A stretch of DNA of 32,000 nucleotides, taken from an uncultured archaeon. Its GTDB lineage: Archaea; Asgardarchaeota; Thorarchaeia; Thorarchaeales; Thorarchaeaceae. The stretch is from the NCBI GenBank assembly GCA_964354495.1, contig CAYHAA010000018.1:30155-62154 (forward strand), given 5' to 3'. The notes beneath the pieces are model-generated. The model did no database searches. It saw only the letters and a program-made list of their open reading frames with translations, and was not told the origin of the DNA. Below are positions 1 through 8,665 of this stretch, piece by piece. How positions within the stretch are numbered: position 1 is the stretch's first letter; each line of letters begins with the position of its first letter. Made by a program: the position numbers and the translations under genes.

Positions 1-108
1 ATGAGACTCGCCAATACCCTGTGCTATTGGCTCGCCGCGAGGTCTGGAGTCCCTCAGGTACTCTTTTGGAGGAATGACTGACAGGACGTATGCATGTGTC
101 TCGAACAT
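1..108 (-). CDS. DUF655 family putative RNA-binding protein, N-terminal part (runs off the window start)
   Basis: Manual translation from ATG at 108 gives MFETHAYVLSVIPPKEYLRDSRPRGEPIAQGIGESH, matching the DUF655 N-terminus pattern (AYVL...EPIAQxIGE). It sits in the conserved archaeal rpl21e-rpoF-DUF655 order. An in-frame ATG at 141 is an alternative start. Confidence 0.8.
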   Translation of the reverse strand, partial: MFETHAYVLSVIPPKEYLRDSRPRGEPIAQGIGESH

Positions 109-264
109 CCTGTTTTGTTGTCCTTCCAACCATGACCACATCCGGTTATACTGGAGTACATTGTGGTATTGGTCTTCGGCAACGGATAAAAACTAATCGG
201 ACCAAGAAGCAGTCCTCGGCCTTCTGGCACGACTGCTCGTGGGATTAAGATATGTCTATACTGT

Positions 265-600
265 CTAAGATCGGCTCTTGACCATCAGGTCTAGAACCTC
301 GATGAGTTTCTCATCGGTGAAACTCGTCAGGCGGGTATCGAAGATGGACTTCAATTCCTCCACCGTGATAGGAGCAATATTCACGATTTGGACTGCTTGG
401 GACCTCGTGACGCCATAGCTTTCTATCAGCTTCTCGACAAGCTTTGTAGCTACTGCAGGTGCCATCCTCGAAAACGTTGTGGCATGTTCGAGAGTTATCG
501 ACTGCTGAAAAGACAGTTCTCCCTCTTTTGCTCGTTGGGCCAAGACTTTCTTGACCTGTGGAAGAGTGATTTCTTCCTCACTGATTATCTCCTTGGGCAT
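265..600 (-). CDS. rpo4: DNA-directed RNA polymerase subunit Rpo4 (RpoF)
   Basis: MPKEIISEEEITLPQVKKVL...QIVNIAPITVEELKSIF is the RpoF pattern; directly downstream of rpl21e. Confidence 0.93.
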   Translation of the reverse strand: MPKEIISEEEITLPQVKKVLAQRAKEGELSFQQSITLEHATTFSRMAPAVATKLVEKLIESYGVTRSQAVQIVNIAPITVEELKSIFDTRLTSFTDEKLIEVLDLMVKSRS

Positions 601-609
601 TTCTATCCC

Positions 610-906
610 TCAATTCTTATTGACTCGGAGATGCTCAGGTCTAATGATGAGGCTTCTCTTGGCTTTCCCTATGCCGACATCGACAAGAACGGCTCGCCCA
701 CGAACTCCAGTGGCGATTCCCGTCTTTCCCTGATATCTCTTATGAGGCATACCCTTGTGGAAAGCTGAATCGATGACGATATTCACACGCTGGCCTGCTT
801 CATATTGAACGAGTACATTGTCTGGTGAGCTCACGCCCTTCTCACGCACTCTCTTGGTCATGAGGGCACGTGTACGGACTCGGTATCCATGACTCTTCTT
901 TACCAC
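610..906 (-). CDS. rpl21e: 50S ribosomal protein eL21
   Basis: SHGYRVRTR, HKGMPHKRYQGKTG and IRPEHL motifs; GTG start. Confidence 0.97.
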   Translation of the reverse strand: MVKKSHGYRVRTRALMTKRVREKGVSSPDNVLVQYEAGQRVNIVIDSAFHKGMPHKRYQGKTGIATGVRGRAVLVDVGIGKAKRSLIIRPEHLRVNKN

Positions 907-991
907 AAGTCATCACTACGAATTACTCTCTCTCGAGTGCTCTGCCTGAGCTGAACTACACTCGAGGTCCAGCATGACCTCTTGGGTCACC

Positions 992-1006
992 ACTTAAGGA
1001 TTTCGC
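992..1006 (-). promoter_or_regulatory. Putative BRE/TATA promoter of the rpl21e operon
   Basis: Minus strand reads GCGAAATCCTTAAGT (purine-rich BRE-like then TTAAG box), about 90 nt upstream of rpl21e. Confidence 0.45.
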
Positions 1007-1033
1007 AACAGTCACTCTTTTCGAGAAGTGGCA

Positions 1034-2431
1034 TCAGCGCTCGTCACTGTATATTGCAGTGACATTAAGCTCCTTACAAACACAGCCTGTTCCAAGCACT
1101 TCGGCGATAGACGGCTTGGTCCTTCCTGCATCTCCTGAGATGAGCTCCTTGATGTACGTACCACCTTGGACCTTGAAGAATGCTTGAAGAGTACCATCTC
1201 TCTCGCGTGTCATGCGAATCTGGTGAATCCGTTTCTTTCTCACCAAGTCGCTCCTTCGATGAGAGACTCGATTCGGAGTCCTCTGTTCAATCACAACATC
1301 CTGAAACAACTGAACTACCCTCTGGATCGCATCATCAGTCACGGGATTCTCAGTCTGGATGACTGCAGCATATTCCTTGACATTTGATGATGCATCCTCC
1401 TTCAGTTTCTGCAGGCGATGCCTGTCAGTAAGTTCCAAGTCCTGAACTTCGATTCTACCCCCGGCCTCGCTGTTAATAGTCCGGGTTAAGGCTTGGAGGT
1501 CTGGTTTCCGTACTCGCGGCTGTGTCACCTCGACAACAAAGGGTCTCCCCTTGCCCAGCATGAGGACATCTACATCCTCTCTACCTGCAGCATGGAACTT
1601 GAAGCGAGAGCCATATGCAAGGCGCTGTGCATGAATCCCAACATATTCTGATATTGAGTCTGGGTACTTCCTTCCGGTTCCGCCACAATCATCACAGCCC
1701 CTACCCTTGCACTTCTTACAGTCCCATCTACTCTGAGGCACACCTCGGACCAACTTCCGATATCTCCCGTAGATGAATACTGGATTGATCTGCAGTCGCA
1801 CCTCATCTTGATTCATATCATAGATGAACACGGCATCCGGTTTCTCAAAGTCTACGGGCTTTCCCAATAGCTCCTGTAATTGAATGCCTGTTAGACGATT
1901 GAAATGTGACTTCAAGGTCTCTGAGTGCAGAGTCGAGTATGTTGCAGTCATCTCATCTTGCCGCTCTACTAAGAGGGGCGAAGGTATTGATCCCGCAAGG
2001 ACAGTCTCGAATTCGACCTGACCTGCACATTCAGCCATCCGTCGAGCAATCATCGGGATTCTATCAAATATTGAGCTACCGTCAATGAAACATAGGTGAC
2101 AGCTATCTCTCGTCACATAGTCGATTGAGTTCTTAGTTGCGATGGCCTGTGCAGGAGCAAACATACCATTGCCAGCAAGGGTCTCAATGGAATGCCTTCC
2201 TGCGTCACTGTCCTCGGACTTAAGCTGGTCATCGGCAATCATACATAGGATTAGCTTAATGGAATGCCCCCGGTCCTCATTGGATGTTGCAGTGCCCAAC
2301 CACGCGAATTGCCGGCCTAGACATCGATCGCAGAGAGTGTGCTGATTGAGCATCTCTTGTGCAGTTTTCAGCATACCATATTCATCAAGATTAGTCATAG
2401 GCCTTGACCTCTTGCCGCTCCTGACGGGCAT
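1034..2431 (-). CDS. pus10: tRNA pseudouridine(54/55) synthase Pus10
   Basis: N-terminal LCDRCLGRQFA, YGRYRKLVRGVPQSRW, catalytic FHAAGREDVDVLMLGKGRPFV, QRTPNRVSHRR and QGGTYIKELISGD. Confidence 0.96.
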   Translation of the reverse strand: MPVRSGKRSRPMTNLDEYGMLKTAQEMLNQHTLCDRCLGRQFAWLGTATSNEDRGHSIKLILCMIADDQLKSEDSDAGRHSIETLAGNGMFAPAQAIATKNSIDYVTRDSCHLCFIDGSSIFDRIPMIARRMAECAGQVEFETVLAGSIPSPLLVERQDEMTATYSTLHSETLKSHFNRLTGIQLQELLGKPVDFEKPDAVFIYDMNQDEVRLQINPVFIYGRYRKLVRGVPQSRWDCKKCKGRGCDDCGGTGRKYPDSISEYVGIHAQRLAYGSRFKFHAAGREDVDVLMLGKGRPFVVEVTQPRVRKPDLQALTRTINSEAGGRIEVQDLELTDRHRLQKLKEDASSNVKEYAAVIQTENPVTDDAIQRVVQLFQDVVIEQRTPNRVSHRRSDLVRKKRIHQIRMTRERDGTLQAFFKVQGGTYIKELISGDAGRTKPSIAEVLGTGCVCKELNVTAIYSDER

Positions 2432-2435
2432 CCAT

Positions 2436-3647
2436 TCATAAAAACGGATTGATATATCTAATAGCTCGAAGTCCCAATAGGACCATCCGAGGGTCTGTCA
2501 CTAGTCTCTTTATGACTTTCCCCTGAAGGTCCATATCCCCTTCGCTCTTCACAACATCAAGAAGTCCTAGTTCTGCCGCATCCTTGATGATGGAGTCTAA
2601 TCCCTTGTCGCTCAAGGATGACAGAGCTCTCTGCGTCAGATACATTGCACGCAGTTCATTGAAGACCATGGACTTGCATTGTTTCTCATATTGTTTGATG
2701 CTTCCTACTTTAGCGTCTTGAGAGAGAGCTTCAGCAACCGCCTTACCTGCTATTCTCGCTGTGATTCCCCCCAAGATTACGCCCCCACCAGTTGTGGCCT
2801 TCACAATGCCTGCAGTATCACCCACGGCCAGAACATTCCGATGAGTCAGCTTCGCAATAGGCATCCCGACTAGCACAATACCCCCAAGTGATCGTTCAAT
2901 CTTTGCGCCCTCTAACCTCCTAGCTAGTATCTTGTGATGGGCAATGAGTGCATCGAGACGTGCCCTTGATTTGTTTCGAGCTGCTAGTCCTACTCTGGCT
3001 CTTTTCTCTCCTAGCGGTATGATCCAAGCAAAGAATCCCGGCGCGACATTTCGTCCATAGAACATCTCCACCATATCGTCATCAAGATTGACACCTGAGA
3101 CTTCATACTGGAATGCCGGATACTTGCTAGACTTCTCCACGGCAGGAAGCCCCACACTTCTCGACAAGCGACAACGAGAACCCTCGGCAATGATGAAGCA
3201 TTTCGATTTCAGTTCATTCTCATTCTTCTCATTGACCCGAATTGTCCGGACTAGGGCGCCTTCTCTAGTGAATCCTGTTGCCTTGGCATTGGTTGTAATG
3301 TCTACTCCTGAATCTATCGCTCTATTTGCAACCCATGCATCAAAACGTCTTCGATCGATAACACACGCCTCTCTTTCTGCCCGCTCAATGGTCACGGAAT
3401 TGCCCGAGGGAGAATAGATTCTCGCACCCGATACCGTGTTCTGTATGATGCCCTCTGGCATTCGCAGTCCTAAGCGTGCGAGTCCTGATGTGCTGAGAAG
3501 TCCTGCACAGTGGTCTGGCTCGCCAACACGCTCATGTTCCTCTACCACACGAACATGGAACCCTCTCTTGGCTATCTCTGTCGCTGCAAAGAGACCTGCT
3601 GGCCCAGCGCCAATGACAAGAGCATCATAATCCATTGTTGTACCCAT
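2436..3647 (-). CDS. Geranylgeranyl reductase family FAD-dependent oxidoreductase (DGGGPL reductase-like)
   Basis: GAGPAG FAD motif, HCAGLLS, FFAWIIP, VGDTAGIVKATTGGGV. Confidence 0.88.
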   Translation of the reverse strand: MGTTMDYDALVIGAGPAGLFAATEIAKRGFHVRVVEEHERVGEPDHCAGLLSTSGLARLGLRMPEGIIQNTVSGARIYSPSGNSVTIERAEREACVIDRRRFDAWVANRAIDSGVDITTNAKATGFTREGALVRTIRVNEKNENELKSKCFIIAEGSRCRLSRSVGLPAVEKSSKYPAFQYEVSGVNLDDDMVEMFYGRNVAPGFFAWIIPLGEKRARVGLAARNKSRARLDALIAHHKILARRLEGAKIERSLGGIVLVGMPIAKLTHRNVLAVGDTAGIVKATTGGGVILGGITARIAGKAVAEALSQDAKVGSIKQYEKQCKSMVFNELRAMYLTQRALSSLSDKGLDSIIKDAAELGLLDVVKSEGDMDLQGKVIKRLVTDPRMVLLGLRAIRYINPFL

Positions 3648-3707
3648 TCAGACATGCCGAGGGCACGTTTTTAACTCTCCCCTCAGAAGAGCTTTGGAGC
3701 GCCCACG

Positions 3708-4076
3708 ATGATAGCAGGGAAATTCCAGTATAAACAGGTCATTGCTGTCAGAACTGACCTTGGCATGAGCAGAGGGAAGATGGCAGTGCAGGTGGCACAC
3801 GGGTCGCTGAGTGCTTCGGAGAATGCCCGTGTCGCACACCAAGATATCTGGCATGCCTGGTATAGAGAGGGTCAGAAGAAGGTTGCAGTCAAGGTGTCCT
3901 CTGAGGAGGAGCTCTTGGAACTGAGAAGACAGGCAATAAACCACAGACTGCCGCATGCTTTGATTCGCGATGCTGGAATGACCGAGCTACCTCCTGGAAC
4001 AATAACAGTCTTGGGTATTGGCCCTGCAAAGTCTGAAGTCATGGACGGAGTCACCGGAGATCTCAAGCTACTATAG
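3708..4076 (+). CDS. pth2: Peptidyl-tRNA hydrolase Pth2
   Basis: KQVIAVRTDLGMSRGKMAVQVAH, GQKKVAVK, IRDAGMTELPPGTITVLGIGP. Confidence 0.96.
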   Translation: MIAGKFQYKQVIAVRTDLGMSRGKMAVQVAHGSLSASENARVAHQDIWHAWYREGQKKVAVKVSSEEELLELRRQAINHRLPHALIRDAGMTELPPGTITVLGIGPAKSEVMDGVTGDLKLL

Positions 4077-4086
4077 AGGGATTTTG

Positions 4087-5427
4087 GTGAAGGAAGGTCA
4101 CCCTTTTGAAAAGCCATTTGGTATGGAGTTCTATTCCACGGACAGCATCGGAATCGGTGGCAGGCTCAAGAGGAGATACGAGGACTTCCTGGTAGAGGAG
4201 ATTGCTTCCGATGGAGTAGTAATCAGTTTCAAAGACTGGCAAGAGAGACCAATCAGAGAATCAGTCATTGCAGGGAAGAGAGATAGGTATGTTATCTTCA
4301 CGGTTCAAAAGATGGGCATCTCGACTATGGATGTTTCAAACATACTTGCATCGTCACTGAAGCTTCCGCGGAATTTTGTCTCATATGCTGGGTTGAAAGA
4401 TAAGCGTGCGATTACAGTCCAACAGATGTCAGTTTCCTCTCAAGCAGCAGGTGAGCTGACAAAGCTAGAACTCTCACGGATAGATCTTCGTGATTTTTGT
4501 TACACTCGCCATCCTCTTCAGATAGGTGATCTCTGGGGGAATAGATTCACAATCATCCTTAGGGATCTGGAAGCTGACCGTGTCACGGCAACACAAGCAG
4601 TGGAAGCAGTCCGAGGAACTCCTCTGCTCAACTATTTTGGAGTTCAACGGTTCGGACTTCCTAGACCCAGCACTCATCTTGCGGGGAAATCTCTCATCAA
4701 ACGAGACTTCGAGGAAGCAGTCCGAATCATGCTCTGTACTGAAAGTGCATTTGAGTCAGAGGAGCTGAAGCAGGTTCGGCTGAGACTGACTGAAGACCTC
4801 ACGCCCACGGAGAATATGATTCGCGCCTTTCCAAGAGACCTGAATTATGAACGGACCGTCTTGACTGAACTCATCAAACATCCTGGTGAATTCGAACGTG
4901 CTCTGCAGAGGGTGCCACCACGTGTTCTCACATTGATGGTGCATGCCTACCAGTCCTACCTCTTCAATCGTCTTCTCAGTCAGCGAGCAGCTGCGAAACT
5001 ATCCCTTGTCCAGCCAATACCTGGTGACTTCATGATTGAACTGGACACGACCCACTCAGGGCGCGATTCGTGGCTCTTCGTGACTGAGCGGTCATTGGAG
5101 GAACGAATCAAGCAGGTAGAAGTGGGAAAATATGGACTGGCGCTACCGGTACTAGGGTACACGACTCGACTTCCGCCAACTCCACAGACAGACTCACTCA
5201 GGGCGCTCATGAAAGAAGAAGGCATCACACTTCGGGACTTCAGAGACCCAAACACAAGGTCTCTCGACTCGCCGGGAGGGCTCCACCTCGCAGCGATTCT
5301 GATAGATGATCTTGATGTATCGTTTGTTGATGAGGGTCTCCGGGTTGTATTCAGCCTGAGAAAGGGATCATACGCAACAGTAGTTCTGCGCGAACTAATG
5401 AAGAACCATCCAATCAATCGAGTATGA
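4087..5427 (+). CDS. truD: tRNA pseudouridine(13) synthase TruD
   Basis: GGRLKRRYEDFLVEE, YAGLKDKRAITVQ, GNRFTI, NYFGVQRFG and FSLRKGSYATVVLREL. Start moved to the in-frame GTG at 4087, after the pth2 stop. Confidence 0.95.
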   Translation: MKEGHPFEKPFGMEFYSTDSIGIGGRLKRRYEDFLVEEIASDGVVISFKDWQERPIRESVIAGKRDRYVIFTVQKMGISTMDVSNILASSLKLPRNFVSYAGLKDKRAITVQQMSVSSQAAGELTKLELSRIDLRDFCYTRHPLQIGDLWGNRFTIILRDLEADRVTATQAVEAVRGTPLLNYFGVQRFGLPRPSTHLAGKSLIKRDFEEAVRIMLCTESAFESEELKQVRLRLTEDLTPTENMIRAFPRDLNYERTVLTELIKHPGEFERALQRVPPRVLTLMVHAYQSYLFNRLLSQRAAAKLSLVQPIPGDFMIELDTTHSGRDSWLFVTERSLEERIKQVEVGKYGLALPVLGYTTRLPPTPQTDSLRALMKEEGITLRDFRDPNTRSLDSPGGLHLAAILIDDLDVSFVDEGLRVVFSLRKGSYATVVLRELMKNHPINRV

Positions 5428-5434
5428 TTCGCAG

Positions 5435-6022
5435 CTACCTGGAACGCTGATCCTCTATCTCTTTCATGCGTTCCTCAAACTCGTCTTTAGTCTCTTCGTC
5501 TTTCACTATTCTCCTCCGATCATCTCGGAATTCGAAGAGAACAGACTCGTTCATGATAGCTGAGATGATGAATCGAAGCTCCTCCTTACTGTACTTGATT
5601 CTCTCCCTGTCTGCTTCTCGGAGTATGACAATGCTCTCCCTCGCTCCATCTGGTGAGTGGAGACTATTGACGCCCACCTCATTTGCTGGAGAAATGAACT
5701 CTCTGACCACAGTCCGTAGTTTCGCAGGTCCCTCTATGACAATGAGCTCCCCGAATCGCTCAGTCATCTCATGAGTCAAGGACTCCTCTGAGAGTAAGAG
5801 CTCCTTATTCTTCTTCTTCACCACGAGGACCAGGCGGTTTCCTGCCTTGGCTGCTTTCAAGATAACCAGGTTCTCAAGATTCGGATGTTCCTTTTCCCTG
5901 TCCAGTAACCATTTGCTGAACTCGATGTCGAATTTTGTGATTTCCCCTCGTTCAAGCCTAGCTTGGCAGTTTGAGCATAACATATCAGATTCTACATCAA
6001 AGTTGCAGACCGGCAGTCGCAT
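5435..6022 (-). CDS. Archaeal NusA-like KH-domain protein with N-terminal Zn-finger-like motif (NusA2 type)
   Basis: MRLPVCNFDVESDMLCSNCQARLERGEITKFD resembles the NusA2 N-terminal pattern (PxCxxD...LCxxC..KLxxGxIS). A KH-like region follows, with FISPANEVGVN. Confidence 0.65.
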   Translation of the reverse strand: MRLPVCNFDVESDMLCSNCQARLERGEITKFDIEFSKWLLDREKEHPNLENLVILKAAKAGNRLVLVVKKKNKELLLSEESLTHEMTERFGELIVIEGPAKLRTVVREFISPANEVGVNSLHSPDGARESIVILREADRERIKYSKEELRFIISAIMNESVLFEFRDDRRRIVKDEETKDEFEERMKEIEDQRSR

Positions 6023-6088
6023 TTGTTCTTCCTCGCCAGTTTCGAAGGCTCAGTAGAAACTGGACTTCGGGTGACAACATAAATGCAT

Positions 6089-6427
6089 CTATTTTGAGAG
6101 TGTTATGTCAATGGTTGACACATTCAGGTCGCTGCCTTTATCCGTCTGGACCGTGGTAGTGTCGATCTCAATATGCTTGACTGAGAGACCCTCTATGAAT
6201 CTGTGTCTAGTGATCTCTGCAACATCGACAGCGCGGCTGATGAGCCGTCCTCTTGCCTTTATGACGACTTCTGTTGCGCCCTTATTGAATAGTGTCACAC
6301 AAGCCAGTACATAGGACATGACATTCTTGTTACCAACTAAGATGCAGTCCATGTTGTTGTTTCCCCGCAGTTCCTTTTCTTCAGTTTTCTTACTGCTGGG
6401 TCTCTTTCCAGTGCTTTCCTCCGTCAT
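6089..6427 (-). CDS. albA: DNA/RNA-binding protein Alba
   Basis: [41 protein letters not shown]; about 22-aa charged N-terminal extension. Confidence 0.96.
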   Translation of the reverse strand: MTEESTGKRPSSKKTEEKELRGNNNMDCILVGNKNVMSYVLACVTLFNKGATEVVIKARGRLISRAVDVAEITRHRFIEGLSVKHIEIDTTTVQTDKGSDLNVSTIDITLSK

Positions 6428-6619
6428 GCGAACTCTCTCCGCCTACTACTGGGACCTACTCTTAGTGATGAGTCGTACCTTCCTTATGTAGATTTTGTAA
6501 AGCTATAGGCCTCAAGGGCATGTGTAAACCAAGAAAAATCTGTTTTGGTCTTCACAAGGATACCTTTGCAAACCTTTTTCTTGGCCAGACAGTGGCGTGC
6601 AGCTGGATGTTGTCTGCAG

Positions 6620-7885
6620 ATGGCGAAACTAACATTTCTTGGTTCCTGTAGAGAGGTTGGCCGTTCTGGTTTTTCCCTTGAAGAAAAGGATGAGAGCTTT
6701 CTTGTAGACTTTGGTGTCAAGTTTACAGAACCTCCTACATTTCCTGATATGATACCAACAGAGGGCCTTCAGGGAGTCGCTCTTACACATGCTCATCTTG
6801 ACCATTCTGGAGGTATTCCATTAATCCTTAAGGCGACCGAGGCATCTCTCTTCTGTACGCCAGCGACCCGTGATCTAAGTATCCTTCTTCTTCGCGACAT
6901 GTACAAGATATCACATGGTAGATTGCCGTTCACTCTCAAGGATATTGCCGCTATGCGGAAACAATGTCAGTCCACATCATACGAGGAAACCATGCCCATT
7001 GGTCGTCATTTCGAGATGACCCTCTTCAATGCAGGACATATACCCGGCAGCGCCATGGTTTCAATCAGAGTGGATGGCAAACGAATTCTATTCACTGGGG
7101 ACTTCAATGCAACTGAAACGCATCTCAATCCTGGTGCCAGAAAGAATCTTCCGAAACATGATATTGTTGTGACGGAGAGCACCTATGCTCGTCGTATCAA
7201 CCCTCCGCGACAGGCCACCGAAGAGGCCCTCATTCAGACGGTCATCGAGACCGTCGAACGTGGGGGTACTGTTCTCATTCCTGCCTTCGGTGTGGGCAGA
7301 AGTCAAGAGATCCTGTGCATCCTAGAAGGAGCGAATCTCCCCAAGAAATACCCAATCTATATCGATGGAATGGCACGCGCTGTCAACGAGATACTTGTAC
7401 GCCATCCTCAATATCTGCAGAGCCCTCAAGCGCTTCAGAGAGCTGCAGGGCGTGCGCTCATCATCAACGACGACCGCGACCGAAGAAATGCGGTAAAACC
7501 GGGCAGCGTCATCGTTTCGCCTGCAGGCATGCTCAAGGGCGGCGCATCAACTCTCTATTTCAAGATGCTTCATGATGACCCTAAGAACGCGATTGTGTTC
7601 GTGAGCTTTCAGATTCCAGGCACTCCTGGGGAAGAGCTTCTCCGGACAGGAAAGGTCATGGCAGGGAATCGTGTGTACAAGGTGGCTGCAGATGTCCGTC
7701 AACACCATCTATCATCACACTCTGACTCCAGAGGTCTGCTAGATATGCTGACGATGATACCCGGTGAGCCTGAATTCTACCTAGTCCATGGCGAGTCTGA
7801 ATCCTGTGATGCACTTGCTGAGAAACTGGAAAAACGAGGAAAGAAGGCTCATGTCGCAGAGCTCAATCAGAAGATAGTATTCTAA
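6620..7885 (+). CDS. Beta-CASP metallo-beta-lactamase ribonuclease (aCPSF2-like, no KH domains)
   Basis: LTFLGSCREVGRS, THAHLDHSG, AGHIPGS, TGDFN, TESTY, PAFGVGRSQE, SSHSD and LVHGE. Start set at ATG 6620. Confidence 0.9.
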   Translation: MAKLTFLGSCREVGRSGFSLEEKDESFLVDFGVKFTEPPTFPDMIPTEGLQGVALTHAHLDHSGGIPLILKATEASLFCTPATRDLSILLLRDMYKISHGRLPFTLKDIAAMRKQCQSTSYEETMPIGRHFEMTLFNAGHIPGSAMVSIRVDGKRILFTGDFNATETHLNPGARKNLPKHDIVVTESTYARRINPPRQATEEALIQTVIETVERGGTVLIPAFGVGRSQEILCILEGANLPKKYPIYIDGMARAVNEILVRHPQYLQSPQALQRAAGRALIINDDRDRRNAVKPGSVIVSPAGMLKGGASTLYFKMLHDDPKNAIVFVSFQIPGTPGEELLRTGKVMAGNRVYKVAADVRQHHLSSHSDSRGLLDMLTMIPGEPEFYLVHGESESCDALAEKLEKRGKKAHVAELNQKIVF

Positions 7886-8103
7886 GCCTCTCCAGGTTTG
7901 GTCTCTGTTCTAGCCTCGATGATCTGGCACTTCACCTGCTGGAGGATCTCTTCAGCCTTCTGGGGCTCAAGGATGATGGTGTAGAGGTATCTATTCGTGC
8001 GGAGTTTGAGCTTGACCGAATCCGTGCCCCTCTTGACACGACACTCTTTCGCATCCTCGGTCATCTCGAGGAACTTGTCAACATCGGTGATTATTCTTGG
8101 CAT
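7882..8103 (-). CDS. rpl38e: 50S ribosomal protein eL38
   Basis: MPRIITDVDKFLE...KECRVKR...VKLKLRTNRYLYT; 4-nt convergent overlap with the beta-CASP gene. Confidence 0.92.
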   Translation of the reverse strand: MPRIITDVDKFLEMTEDAKECRVKRGTDSVKLKLRTNRYLYTIILEPQKAEEILQQVKCQIIEARTETKPGEA

Positions 8104-8340
8104 TTGAACGCCCCATTGTGCTGTTTGGTGGTGGGCCGGGGGAGGTTTGAATCACTCCAGCGCGACTAATTCGGAGGTCAATTGCTTGCGTTATAACTGT
8201 AACGATAGGAATTATGATGTCCTTCCAATCTGTCAACTGCGAAGAGGGGAAGACAACGCGACTACGGGGACATTTGTGGACAGGGAGCTCCTTGAACAAA
8301 TCCTTAGCTAAATCAGTAAAGCCGCATGATAGCGTCATTC

Positions 8341-8348
8341 TTATAACT
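8341..8348 (+). promoter_or_regulatory. Putative TATA box of tRNA-Val
   Basis: TTATAACT lies 25-32 nt upstream of tRNA position 1 (8373). Confidence 0.55.
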
Positions 8349-8372
8349 ACTAAATTCCCGAACGCAGTGTAT

Positions 8373-8574
8373 GGGCCGGTGGTCTAGACCGGTTATGATT
8401 GGGTCAGACTTCTTGACCTTCTAACACACGTCGCCTTCACATGCGAAGTTCAATATCGAGCTTGGATTGAAAAAAAAACCAGACTCGGCTGTGCTTCTCT
8501 GGAAGCGGCGAAGGCCACGAGTTCGATCATTTCGAAACCACTTCGAAATGGAACAAATCTCGTCCGGCCCACCA
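8373..8574 (+). tRNA. tRNA-Val(CAC) with three introns (8398-8427 at 23/24; 8442-8505 at 37/38; 8527-8556 at 58/59), CCA encoded
   Basis: Spliced sequence: GGGCCGG TG GTCT AGACCGGTTA TGAC G TCGCC TTCACAC GGCGA AGGCC ACGAG TTCGAAT CTCGT CCGGCCC A CCA. Acceptor, D, anticodon and T stems pair as expected (D stem with the usual U13-U22 mismatch). Each intron boundary forms a bulge-helix-bulge. Confidence 0.95.
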
Positions 8575-8665
8575 TCCTGATCATCATTTTCTGCTTTCTT
8601 GTTTCCCAAATGCCGATTATTCATGCGGTGAGGTCTGCCAGACCGGGATCAACAAGTGAAACCTC

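Noticed and set aside
208-237. Hairpin as a SECIS element
   Set aside because: It lacks the AUGA/GA quartet or GAA-bulge pattern, and no in-frame UGA selenoprotein candidate is nearby.
932-966. D-arm-like leader of rpl21e and the 8129-8151 T-arm/acceptor remnant as two halves of one split tRNA
   Set aside because: The would-be 5' acceptor strand TCGAGTG cannot pair with CCGGCCC, and there is no anticodon arm or BHB junction.
6089-6427. Alba GNK instead of GKK at the acetylation-site region
   Set aside because: This variant is common among archaeal Alba proteins; not unusual.
8078-8338. 86-aa ORF between rpl38e and the tRNA
   Set aside because: It overlaps the rpl38e start, spans the divergent promoter region and has no recognisable motif.
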